DNA from: a virus
Taxonomy: Duplodnaviria > Caudoviricetes
Length of the DNA stretch: 64,000 nt
IMG/VR virus record: IMGVR_UViG_2974707348_000001
Span: 1 to 64,000 of that record
Direction: 5' to 3' (one strand)
Shown here: piece by piece, positions 44,301 to 53,517 of the stretch
Layout of the letters: each line of letters begins with the position of its first letter
How positions within the stretch are numbered: the first letter of the stretch is position 1
The notes under the pieces: model-generated
What the model was told of the DNA's origin: nothing
The model's input: only the letters and a program-made list of their open reading frames with translations
Database searches by the model: none
Made by a program: the position numbers and the translations under genes

Positions 44301-44358
44301 TCCGATATTATGGTTAAATAAAGGACGCTTTATGTTGGTTCGATTCCAACTGTCGGAT
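44301..44358 (+). ncRNA. mini tRNA-like RNA 2
   Basis: TCCGATA/TGTCGGA acceptor, ATAAAG-GACG-CTTTAT hairpin, T-arm GTTGG-TTCGATT-CCAAC. Confidence 0.7.
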
Positions 44359-44418
44359 ATAGGTGTTGCTTATTCACCGTATAATAAGCTAGAAAAGTAA
44401 GTATAGTAGGTAAATAAA

Positions 44419-44934
44419 ATGACAAATCCAATTCTAATCAAAGAATTAAGTTTTCAACTTAAAGAATATCGAGATATCTTAACAGATATTATTAAGTTAT
44501 CTGCACGTTCTGATGACCAAGCAAATTCAGCTAAAAATATATTATTTCAAATATTTTATCATACAGAATGGATGATTCAAATGTATGCTGGTAATTATGA
44601 AGAAAAACCATACGGAGACTCCGAAGATTTAAGTTTTAAAGAAGGAAAAGTTTCTCAAAATATTGTAAAATATATTATGGATAACTTCAAAGGTATTCCA
44701 CTTACAGAAGAAGGTTTGAGTAAGTTGACTAAGAAAGAAAAAGAATTTTTAAATCCTTTCGAAGACCTATTATCTATCACCCATAGAATGATAAGAGCTG
44801 TTGTAGATTATTCAGATAGTCATTCTGAAAGTAAAACTATAGACAGAACAGATGCACAACCTATGAGTATTTTATATTTCATTGATTCACTGAAAGAAAG
44901 AACTGCTTATGCTATGGAAAAAGAAGTATACTAA
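44419..44934 (+). CDS. hypothetical protein embedded in the RNA island
   Basis: 171-aa ORF. Confidence 0.65.
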   Translation: MTNPILIKELSFQLKEYRDILTDIIKLSARSDDQANSAKNILFQIFYHTEWMIQMYAGNYEEKPYGDSEDLSFKEGKVSQNIVKYIMDNFKGIPLTEEGLSKLTKKEKEFLNPFEDLLSITHRMIRAVVDYSDSHSESKTIDRTDAQPMSILYFIDSLKERTAYAMEKEVY

Positions 44935-45073
44935 TTTAGGTGACTCACTACCTATACCCCAAATGTGAAGCTTAAAGGGGGTTAATAACACTATTCCCTA
45001 GGTTTGAATCCTTGAAAATTATCGGTAAGCGATGATTGCAAAATTCATAGTGGATGGAGCAAGAGTGTTTCAT

Positions 45074-45147
45074 TGGTTGGTAGCTCAGTTGGTAGTAGCA
45101 CTAGTCTCCAAAACTAGGTGTCGTGAGTTCGAATCTCACCCAATCAG
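45074..45147 (+). tRNA. tRNA-Trp(CCA)
   Basis: Anticodon arm CTAGT-CTCCAAA-ACTAG; canonical D and T arms. Confidence 0.92.
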
Positions 45148-45212
45148 TATGTAAGAGCTGTGCACAGTTACTTACAGAGTTAGGTCAAAGGATTAATTAA
45201 CCTTAACCAAAC

Positions 45213-45266
45213 GGCTTGTTTTTGGTAATAACATGCGTTAACTGAGTTCGATTCTCAGGCAAGTCT
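45213..45266 (+). ncRNA. mini tRNA-like RNA 3
   Basis: GGCTTGT/GCAAGTC acceptor, TAAC-ATGC-GTTA hairpin, T-arm CTGAG-TTCGATT-CTCAG. Confidence 0.7.
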
Positions 45267-45322
45267 TATCAGTACCTTATCCGCTTAAGTAGAAATACAG
45301 CGCATTAGATAAGGGCGATTGA

Positions 45323-45394
45323 ATCCGTTTAGTGTAGTGGTAAGCACATCAGATTCCAAACCTGATAACGTGGGTTCGATTCCTACAATGGATG
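45323..45394 (+). tRNA. second tRNA-Trp(CCA)
   Basis: Acceptor ATCCGTT/AATGGAT; anticodon arm TCAGA-TTCCAAA-CCTGA (A.C mismatch); T-arm GTGGG-TTCGATT-CCTAC. Confidence 0.8.
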
Positions 45395-45607
45395 TTATAT
45401 GTGTGCAAGTCTCTCATAAAGGGAGATGGTGTTAAATGCGGAAGATGTCCGACAGCCATATAAAAACAACACAGCCAAAATACGACTCTATATAGATATT
45501 TTGGTTTGCAATCTTGGTGGTAATCGTTATAGAGACGGTAAGTCCGAAAATGATAGGGAAGGTGTTGTATGCCTATCTACGAGAGTGTTCAAGAAGCTCT
45601 CAATTAT

Positions 45608-45679
45608 ACAGGGTGGGTGGCAAGGAGTCGCATTAGTTTTATAGGCTAAATAAGAGCGGTTCGATTCCGTTACCCCGAA
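45608..45679 (+). tRNA. tRNA-Ile(UAU) with an imperfect acceptor stem
   Basis: Anticodon arm TTAGT-TTTATAG-GCTAA; T-arm AGCGG-TTCGATT-CCGTT. Confidence 0.6.
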
Positions 45680-45881
45680 TATTACTGAAAAGTAATTAAA
45701 AGGAACTTTGAGTAGTTCGCCTTTATGGAAACGGGTTGTTAGTGTATACCGCAAAAGAAAACTATCCGTTACTCTTTACGATATAAGAAGCTTAAAATCA
45801 TGTTTGGTCTTTGCATATCATTCCTAAAGACTAAGGTGTACTGATTGACGGTGCTTAAATGTTATAGAGTTGACAGCCAAT

Positions 45882-45943
45882 GGTTAACGAGTGGTAACAG
45901 TAGTTATTAAATGTTCAGCTGATGTAGTGAACAGCCAAGTATA
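45882..45943 (+). repeat. 62-nt structured RNA repeat, copy 2
   Basis: 59/62 identical to 43716-43777. Confidence 0.9.
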
Positions 45944-46052
45944 CATTGGTCTTGATAGATAATGTGAAGGTTATATTAGCTAGTCTATGATATAACTCAA
46001 AAAACTACTTGCACAGTACTCGATTTGTAGTTTACCAATACACAATTTGGTT

Positions 46053-46129
46053 TCCCACTTCGTTTAAACATTGGAAGAAGACTGCCTATTCGAGAACAGG
46101 CAACCTCGGTTCGATTCCGAGGGTGGGGA
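46053..46129 (+). ncRNA. tRNA-like RNA with an enlarged (10-nt) anticodon loop
   Basis: TCCCACT/GGTGGGG acceptor, D-arm, TGCCT-ATTCGAGAAC-AGGCA, T-arm CTCGG-TTCGATT-CCGAG. Confidence 0.65.
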
Positions 46130-46224
46130 TTTAATTTAAAATATTATTACTCATCTCTTGACAAACTCATTTGATTATGGTATAATAATATATGTAAGTT
46201 AAAAAAACGTAAGGAGAACAAAAT

Positions 46225-46338
46225 ATGGGATGTTTAATTCCGATTGTATTAATTGTATTTTTAATCAATCCAGCTATGGGTTTAATGACAGCAATTATTT
46301 TATTGATTGTATTGGCACTAGCAAGTCTTAAAAAATAA
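46225..46338 (+). CDS. 37-aa hydrophobic peptide
   Basis: AAGGAG RBS; MGCLIPIVLIVFLINPAMGLMTAIILLIVLALASLKK. Confidence 0.65.
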   Translation: MGCLIPIVLIVFLINPAMGLMTAIILLIVLALASLKK

Positions 46339-46351
46339 GGAGAAAACACAA

Positions 46352-47008
46352 ATGACACAAAGTAAAACACTCACAGTACAAGAAGCACTTAATGAACTTA
46401 AAGTTCTTGACAAACGTATTGAACGTAAACTTGGAGACACTAAATATGTAGGTGTTGTTCAAGAAGACAAACTTGTTTATCCTGCATCATCAAAAGGTGA
46501 TAAAGATAAATTCATTTCAGAGGCAAAATCTAGTATTGATTCATTACTTGATTTGATTGCTTATCGTCATGCTTTGAAAGCTGGTGTATTGCGTTCTAAT
46601 GCGTTAACAGAAGTTGTAATTGGAGACAAAACAATGACAGTTGCAGAAGCAATTGATTATAAAACTTCAATCCAAAGTGAAAAAGATTTGGTTCAAACTC
46701 TTGTTAATGATTTGACTCAAGCGACAACTAAGGCGACACGTATTAATGAGGATATTGATAAGACTCTTGAAAAGAAACAAAATAGCTTGTTAAGCTCAGA
46801 CAAAGACGATAAAAATCCTGATATTATTAAATTCTTGAAAGAACAAGCTGAGAGCGAAAAAGCAACAGTTCTTGAATTGGAAGTTGGTAAAGCTCTTGTA
46901 AGTGATTACACCAAAGCTAAACTTGACTCAATTGAACAATTTGAACAAACAGTTGATTTCAAATTAACTGCATCAAATGTTGCAACAGAAATTACCGTTG
47001 AGTGGTAA
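46352..47008 (+). CDS. coiled-coil protein resembling the DIP1984/DUF6847-type family
   Basis: LTVQEALNELKVLDKRI..SNA.T.V.IG..MTVAEAI..VDFKLTASNVATEI. Confidence 0.7.
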   Translation: MTQSKTLTVQEALNELKVLDKRIERKLGDTKYVGVVQEDKLVYPASSKGDKDKFISEAKSSIDSLLDLIAYRHALKAGVLRSNALTEVVIGDKTMTVAEAIDYKTSIQSEKDLVQTLVNDLTQATTKATRINEDIDKTLEKKQNSLLSSDKDDKNPDIIKFLKEQAESEKATVLELEVGKALVSDYTKAKLDSIEQFEQTVDFKLTASNVATEITVEW

Positions 47009-47021
47009 TAATTAAGTTATA

Positions 47022-47401
47022 ATCATGTTATGACGAACAATCTAAAGTATAGATTTCCAGATAGTTCTGTTTTTCAGAGGTTCTTATAACTGGAAATAAA
47101 TAATAAATATGACGAACTTCTGATACTATAATATAATATAAAAATATGATGAATCTCAAAAAGAGAGGTTATGTATTCAAGACGGTAAGGATGAGTCCTT
47201 ATTCGTAGGAATAGATAAAAACTACTTCATAGATTATAGTTCAAAGCTCATGCTTTATAGCTTAGAGTTTATATCTTATATTGGATAATGAATCCAGTTA
47301 TAGATTAAGTTTGAAGATTTAAGTTTTCTTCAAAATCCTAGAGTTACGTTTTGTGACTTTCTATATCAGTTTGGTTGTACGCTAGGCTGTCATAACATGG
47401 T
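47022..47401 (+). ncRNA. ~380-nt candidate ncRNA with heptamer repeats
   Basis: Closing stem CATGTTATGAC(47024)/GTCATAACATG(47389); eight in-phase 7-mers at 47226-47281; no ORF. Confidence 0.7.
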
Positions 47402-47402
47402 A

Positions 47403-47439
47403 AAATAAGGACTACTTCAGTAGTTCTTATTTTTTTTAT
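47403..47439 (+). terminator. intrinsic terminator
   Basis: AATAAGGACTAC-TTCA-GTAGTTCTTATT followed by a T-run. Confidence 0.85.
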
Positions 47440-47511
47440 ACTTTTCTCTTGACAAAGCAAAATAGTTATGGTATAATATATTATAACCGATTGAAAGGAA
47501 TGGTATTAACA

Positions 47512-49780
47512 TTGACAGAAAAAATTAGAAAGCTGAGTAATCGTGACCAAGCTCGTGAGAAGATTGCGGTATGGTACGGTTCAGCAGATAACTACCAACA
47601 TGGACTAAAAGAACTCCTAGCCAATGCAACAGATGAAATTATTAATAATTTTGAAGATGGGACTATTACGGTCAAGCTGAGTGCAGATGGCTCAACAGTA
47701 ACTGTTACAGATACTGGTCGAGGTATTCCAATTTCAGGCGAAACTGACGGAATCCCCAACTATGAATTGTTGTTTTTGACTCTCTTTGCAGGAACTAAGT
47801 ATGGAGATAGTGGTGTAACAAATGGAACTTATACAGGTTCAAATGGTGTAGGTACTACAGTTCTTAACTATACGTCAGTTCTTTTCGAAGTAACATCAAT
47901 TATTAAGGGAATTAAATACCATATTAAATTCACTAATGGTGGAGAAGTTACCGAAGAGTTAACAGAAGAAAAAACAAATGATACTGATGGAACAACTGTG
48001 ACGTTTTCACTTGACCCAGCAGTTTATACAAAGACAGTCTTTAAAGACGAAGATGTCCGTGAGATTGCACACCGATATGCTGTTAGTTCAAATAAGATTA
48101 CAGTTGACTATATTCATGGAGAGACTGAATTAAAATACCATTATACAGACTTGAAAGAATATTATTCAGAACTTACAGGTGCTGTCAATACAAGTGGGAT
48201 TGTCTTTGGTGATTTGGTTGAGTATCAAGATACAATTACAAGTAATCAACATGATGTTTTCACGTCTCATGAAGAATTAACTTCTCTTTCGATTGCATTA
48301 TCAACCTCAACAACACCAACACAAGAATCTTACTTGAACTTAAACTACTTACCTAATGGTGGCAAGATTAACGAAGGAATTATTAATGGTATTAAACTTT
48401 ACGTTAATAAATACTGTCGTGCAAATAATCTGTTTCCTAAGAAAGTCAATTCTTTTTCAGATTCAGATATTACAGAGTCATTTAGCTTTGTAGCTGTTAT
48501 GTTTTCAAACAATGTTGAGTTTGCAAATCAAACTAAATTCTCTACAAACAAAGAACTCTATAAAGAAGTTGCCAAGAGACGTGTTACACAAATCTTAGAA
48601 GTCACAGAAATTGAAGACCCTAAAAACTTCAAAGATATTATTAATCACCTACTTCTTGTTCAAAAAGAAAATACAGTCAATGCTAAACACAAAGAGAAAC
48701 TTAAAAAGAAATTGACTGAAAAGGTTGATTCAATGTCAAATCGTATTGATAAACTTGTTGATTCTCGTATTCATGGGGAAGAAGCAGAGCTTTATCTTGC
48801 GGAGGGAGACTCGGCTCATGGTTCAGTAGTTTTAGCTCGTGATAGTAGGTTCCAAGCAAGTATGCCTATGGGTGGTAAATTCCTTAACGTTGAAAAAGCA
48901 ATGAATATTGAAGACATTGTTAATAATGAAACAGTCATGAATGTAATTAAGGCTTTGGGGTGTGGGATTGATTTAGGTAAGAAACAAAAAGACTTACCTA
49001 AATTCGACATTACTAAGCTACGCTATGGGAAAATTATCTGTGCGTCAGATGAAGACCCAGATGGAGCGCAAATTCAATGTTTGATTATTACACTGTTCTA
49101 TAAGTTAATGCCAGAAATTATTCATACTGGTCGCCTATACTTGGCTCAAACACCTTTGTTCGAAATTAAGCTCAAAGATGATTCAGTTCTGTATGCTTAT
49201 ACAGATAAGGGACGTGATGAAATTCTAAAAGAACAAGGAAATAAAGTAGTTCAATATTCACGTTCCAAAGGGTAAGAGGAAATCCAAGCCCTTAACCACC
49301 TTTTCCAGTTATCACTGGGGTAATCATTATGATTGCTAACGAGGTAGCCTAAGTCTTTAAGATATGGTAATCTCGTGGGAAATTTTAAGTGTTTATTTTA
49401 TAAATTTGATTAGAAATTGGAAATCAATAATAGTTTAAATAAAATAAACACTTAAATAAACCTGTATCGACTATCGGCTTTGTCGCTGAGTACGCTAACT
49501 ATTGATACGTTAGTGGAAATGGGTGGATAACCATTTTTGGTTATTAAGAAATAGTCAGTGCCTGATGAAAAGAAGGATAATACACGTAGGAGAATTAGAT
49601 GCACATGTTATGGCTGAGACAGCAATGAATCCTGAGACTCGTCATTTGACACGTGTTACAATTGAAGATGCCAAAGAAGCTGAACAAGCTATTGTTGATT
49701 GGATGGGTAATGATGTTAGCAATCGTAAAGTATTCATTTCAAGAAACCTTAACAAATTTATTAAAGAAGGACTAGAATAA
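47512..49780 (+). CDS. type II topoisomerase subunit B (GyrB/ParE-like), spliced join(47512..49273,49587..49780)
   Basis: GHKL ELLANATDE, DTGRGIP, GSNGVG; TOPRIM EGDSA, DEDPDG; splicing restores SKGLGELD. Confidence 0.92.
49274..49586 (+). mobile_element. ORF-less group I intron in the topoisomerase B gene
   Basis: P1 AGGGT/GCCCT with U.G; core CTAACGAGG, AATCTCGTG, GTATCGACTA, AAATAGTC; ends in G before TAGGAGAA. Confidence 0.9.
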
Positions 49781-49781
49781 A

Positions 49782-51896
49782 ATGGAAATTGTAGAAAAAG
49801 GATTGCAACATATCGTGACCGACAATATGGGGCAATATTCAACATATGTATTGCTTTCACGTGCAATACCAGATTTTCGAGACGGATTAAAGCCATCTTA
49901 TCGAAGAATCTTATGGGCTATGCACGAAAAAAAAGCTACAAGATTCACTAAGTCTGCAAACATTGTGGGGGAAGCGATGCTTCTTCATCCTCATGGTTCA
50001 ACATATCCAACTATGGTTGGTATGACCCAAAAAGATAGCCAATTGAATCCTATGGTAATAGGAAAAGGAAACTTTGGACAACATGCAAGTGAATTAGCAT
50101 TTGGTGCTGAACGTTATACCGAAGTTAAACTTTCTGCTATTGGTCTTGATATGATGGCTGATGTTAAAAAAGACGGTGTTGACTTCGTAGACAATTATGA
50201 TGGTACACGTAAAATTCCAGAAGTTTTCCCAGTTAAATATCCAACTATCTTAGCATATGCTCAATCAGGAATTGGTGTAGGATTTAGTTCAAGTATTCCT
50301 TCGTTTAACACAACCGAATTGTGTGAAGCTATTATTAAACGAATTGAAGATAATGAACAGACATTGCTTATTCCCGACTTTGGTACTGGTGCTTATATTA
50401 TCAATGACCCTGATGTTATCAAGTCAATCAATGAAAATGGTAGTGGTTCAATCAATCAACGTGCTAAAGTTGAGTTTGATAAAGATAGCCGTGAGATTAT
50501 TGTTAAAGAAATTCCTTACGGAACAACAAAAGAGAAAATCATCGAACGTATTATTAAATTAAATAAAGAAGATAAGCTCAAAGAAGTTACTAAGGTGGAA
50601 GATGGGAGTGGATTGAAAGGTCTTGAAATTGTTATCACAGCTAAACGTGGTGTTGACCTTGAACAATTACTTGAAAAACTGTATCAGATGACACCTATGC
50701 AAGCAAGTTATTCTACTAACTTAATGGTTATTAATCGTCAAGGATTGCCAGAAAAGATGGGTGTATGGTCACTTATTGCTAAGTGGTTAGATTGGCGAAC
50801 AGATACATATCAACGCATGATTACGAAAGATATTCAAACTAAACAAGTACAGCTTGAAATTTTGTACGGACTGGAAAATATCAAAGATGATTTGGAACAT
50901 GTAATCAAAATTATTCGTAACTCTACAGATGATAATGTGATTCAAAATCTCTCTAGTGAGTTTAGCCTGACTAAACTTCAAGCAGAACGTGTTTCAGGGT
51001 TGAAACTTAAAAATCTTACAACTACTTTTATTAAGAAACAATTGAGTAATATTAAAAGTCTCGAAAAAGAAATTGAACAACTTGAATGGACAGTTGCAAA
51101 ACCTCAGCGTATTCATAAATTGATTGTTCAAGATATGAAAGATGTTATTGCTCAATTTGGAGCACCTCGTAAATCACAACTCATTGACAAATCTGTGGTA
51201 GCTAAGAAAGCAAAACTTTCCCCTGTAAATACTGTAGAAGAATATAATGTAAAAGTTATTGTAACTAAAGATGGTTATGTCAAAAAGATTCCCTTGACTT
51301 CTCTTCGTGGTAATGCAGAGATTCAATTTAAAGAAGGGGATGTCCCTACATCAGAAACTGATACTGACAATGGAGAAGAACTTCTTATCTTTACAAATAA
51401 ACAAAATGTTTATAAGAAACAACTTAATGATTTGAATGATACTAAACCCAAAGATTTGGGTAATTACATTCCATCTCTAATTGATTTAGAAAAGGGTGAA
51501 GAAATTAAGGGCATTATAACGCTTTCTAAGGACACCAAATACGTTCTTTTGGGATTTGAAGACGGAAAGGTCGCTAAAGTTAACGTAGAGGCTTATAGAA
51601 CGTCCACAAAGCGTTCTAAACTTAAGAACGGTGTGGTTGGTAAAATGATAGTTTTACTGACGACATTGACTGATGATGTGGACATTATGTCTATCTCTGA
51701 AAGTGATAAAGCTGTCGTTACTAACACATCTATGATTTCTGCTAAAAATTCTAAAGCAACACAAGGTATCACCAACCAAAAATTGAAAGTAGGAGAATCA
51801 ATTAAGAAGTTATTTGTTCTTCAAGAAGGTGATGAGGACAATCGAGAGTATTATCGTGTACAATCAGCAGGTGCTGGTAAGAAATTTAAAGGATAA
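49782..51896 (+). CDS. type II topoisomerase subunit A (GyrA/ParC-like)
   Basis: RAIPDFRDGLKP, KSA.IVG..HPHG, catalytic AERYTE, GIGVG, C-terminal pinwheel repeats; no obvious GyrA-box. Confidence 0.92.
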   Translation: MEIVEKGLQHIVTDNMGQYSTYVLLSRAIPDFRDGLKPSYRRILWAMHEKKATRFTKSANIVGEAMLLHPHGSTYPTMVGMTQKDSQLNPMVIGKGNFGQHASELAFGAERYTEVKLSAIGLDMMADVKKDGVDFVDNYDGTRKIPEVFPVKYPTILAYAQSGIGVGFSSSIPSFNTTELCEAIIKRIEDNEQTLLIPDFGTGAYIINDPDVIKSINENGSGSINQRAKVEFDKDSREIIVKEIPYGTTKEKIIERIIKLNKEDKLKEVTKVEDGSGLKGLEIVITAKRGVDLEQLLEKLYQMTPMQASYSTNLMVINRQGLPEKMGVWSLIAKWLDWRTDTYQRMITKDIQTKQVQLEILYGLENIKDDLEHVIKIIRNSTDDNVIQNLSSEFSLTKLQAERVSGLKLKNLTTTFIKKQLSNIKSLEKEIEQLEWTVAKPQRIHKLIVQDMKDVIAQFGAPRKSQLIDKSVVAKKAKLSPVNTVEEYNVKVIVTKDGYVKKIPLTSLRGNAEIQFKEGDVPTSETDTDNGEELLIFTNKQNVYKKQLNDLNDTKPKDLGNYIPSLIDLEKGEEIKGIITLSKDTKYVLLGFEDGKVAKVNVEAYRTSTKRSKLKNGVVGKMIVLLTTLTDDVDIMSISESDKAVVTNTSMISAKNSKATQGITNQKLKVGESIKKLFVLQEGDEDNREYYRVQSAGAGKKFKG

Positions 51897-51899
51897 AAT

Positions 51900-53002
51900 A
51901 TGGAAGAAAAAATATTTGATATTATCAGAGGAGTTCTGATGACAGTTATCACAATCAGTTTGCTATTGGGCTATATTTGGTTTACTTTTGACTTAAATAT
52001 GCTTGCGTGGGGAACTATTCTTGGAGGAATTATGTTTCAGGGTACTATAGTTATGTTTATAATTGGTTTATGGTTAGGAATATTAAGCTATATCTTCTTC
52101 TTTGTTTTAGGTATGGCATTAATATTCTGGATATCAGTTTTATTTGATAAAATTGAAGAATATATTTTTGAAGAAAGGAAAATACGAAATGATTAAAGTT
52201 TACCAATGTCGAGCACAAATTAATACACCCTATCTGACATCAAATTCACGTTCAGGGTTCTTTAAAAAAGGAGAAGACTTTCTTATGTATCGTAGTTCAA
52301 AAGGTACATGGGTTGTAAGTTCTCCGAAGAACTCAACAATGCACACAAATGCTATTCCAATCGAACATGCTTTGGATACTAAACACTCGTGGCTCTTAAA
52401 CCTTAATATCACGAGTATTGTGAATATTTTTGAAGCACCAAACAAGACACATCTACGTCATTCATTCACTCTATTCAAATACCCTAGCTTTGCAAATTTT
52501 GTCAATATAGAGAATTTTGAACTCAATCTTAAAGGAGAACAATAATGGATATTGTTAATTGTGAACATTGCAATAAAGAAATTGATTTAGACAAAGAATC
52601 TTATGACCGTAATGCAACAATGCGTTGTTTAAATCCCATCTGTTCAAAATGTGAAGATGGACTATGGGTAGAAGCCGAGGAGACTACAATATGAGAAAAC
52701 TAAAAGATGGTTATGTTTACCAAATCGAAGAAAAACTTGAAGATGTTATCAACAAATTAGATGTTATGCGTGAAGCTTTTCAACAATGTCGTGAACTGCA
52801 AGAAATCTATATTGATATATCAACAATAATTCAACAAGGACACTATAATGAACATCCAGAAGACTTAGAATTTGTTTATAGGAATGAAGAATTTGAGAAA
52901 ATTCTTGAAAAGTTTGAAGATACTTATGACACAGCCTTAGAAGAAGCATTTTTATCATTGAAAAAACTTGAACCACGAGACCATAAGGAGGTTCTTAAAT
53001 GA
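51900..53002 (+). CDS. small hypothetical ORFs (51900-52196 membrane, ~52189-52545, ~52691-53002)
   Basis: Coupled ORFs. Confidence 0.6.
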
Positions 53003-53517
53003 ACAAAGTTAAAATTTATTTTGCAAGCCCACTCTTTTCAGATATGGAACGTTGGTTCAATACCGACATCGTTGACAGCTTACGATACGCTCTTCCTGAA
53101 AATGTAGAGATTTATCTACCACAGGAAAATGAAGCAATTAATGATAAGTCAGGATATGCAAACTCTGTAATGATTGCAGAAGCTGATACAAATGAACTGT
53201 TGGGTTCTGACTTTATTGTCGCTGTCCTAGACGGTGCAACAATTGATGTTGGTGTGGCTAGTGAAATTGGAGTTGCTTATGCTAAGGGTATTCCAGTTAT
53301 TGGTCTATATTCAGATTCACGTCAAGGTGCTTTTGGAAACACAAACAAAATCAATGCTCTTGAAGAAGTAGGGGAATCACAATTCTCTTATATTAACCTC
53401 TATACTGTAGGGTTAGTTAAATCTAACGGTACTCTATTTAAAGATGTTGGCGACTGGTTCAACTACATTGTTGACGAAGCTAAAAAATTATCAGAAGAAA
53501 AGGAAACAAATGACTAA
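52999..53517 (+). CDS. nucleoside 2-deoxyribosyltransferase family protein
   Basis: KIYFASPLFS, YLPQEN, D..SDFIVAVLDG..DVGVASEIGVAYAKG, NLY. Confidence 0.88.
   Translation: MNKVKIYFASPLFSDMERWFNTDIVDSLRYALPENVEIYLPQENEAINDKSGYANSVMIAEADTNELLGSDFIVAVLDGATIDVGVASEIGVAYAKGIPVIGLYSDSRQGAFGNTNKINALEEVGESQFSYINLYTVGLVKSNGTLFKDVGDWFNYIVDEAKKLSEEKETND

Noticed and set aside
45426-45754. ORFs 45426-45644 (+) and 45527-45754 (-)
   Set aside because: They overlap a tRNA and structured RNA modules and lack convincing RBSs
49523-49586. Independent start for the 85-aa ORF 49523-49780 (likewise 56212 and 62894)
   Set aside because: These starts lie inside introns; the ORFs are downstream exons
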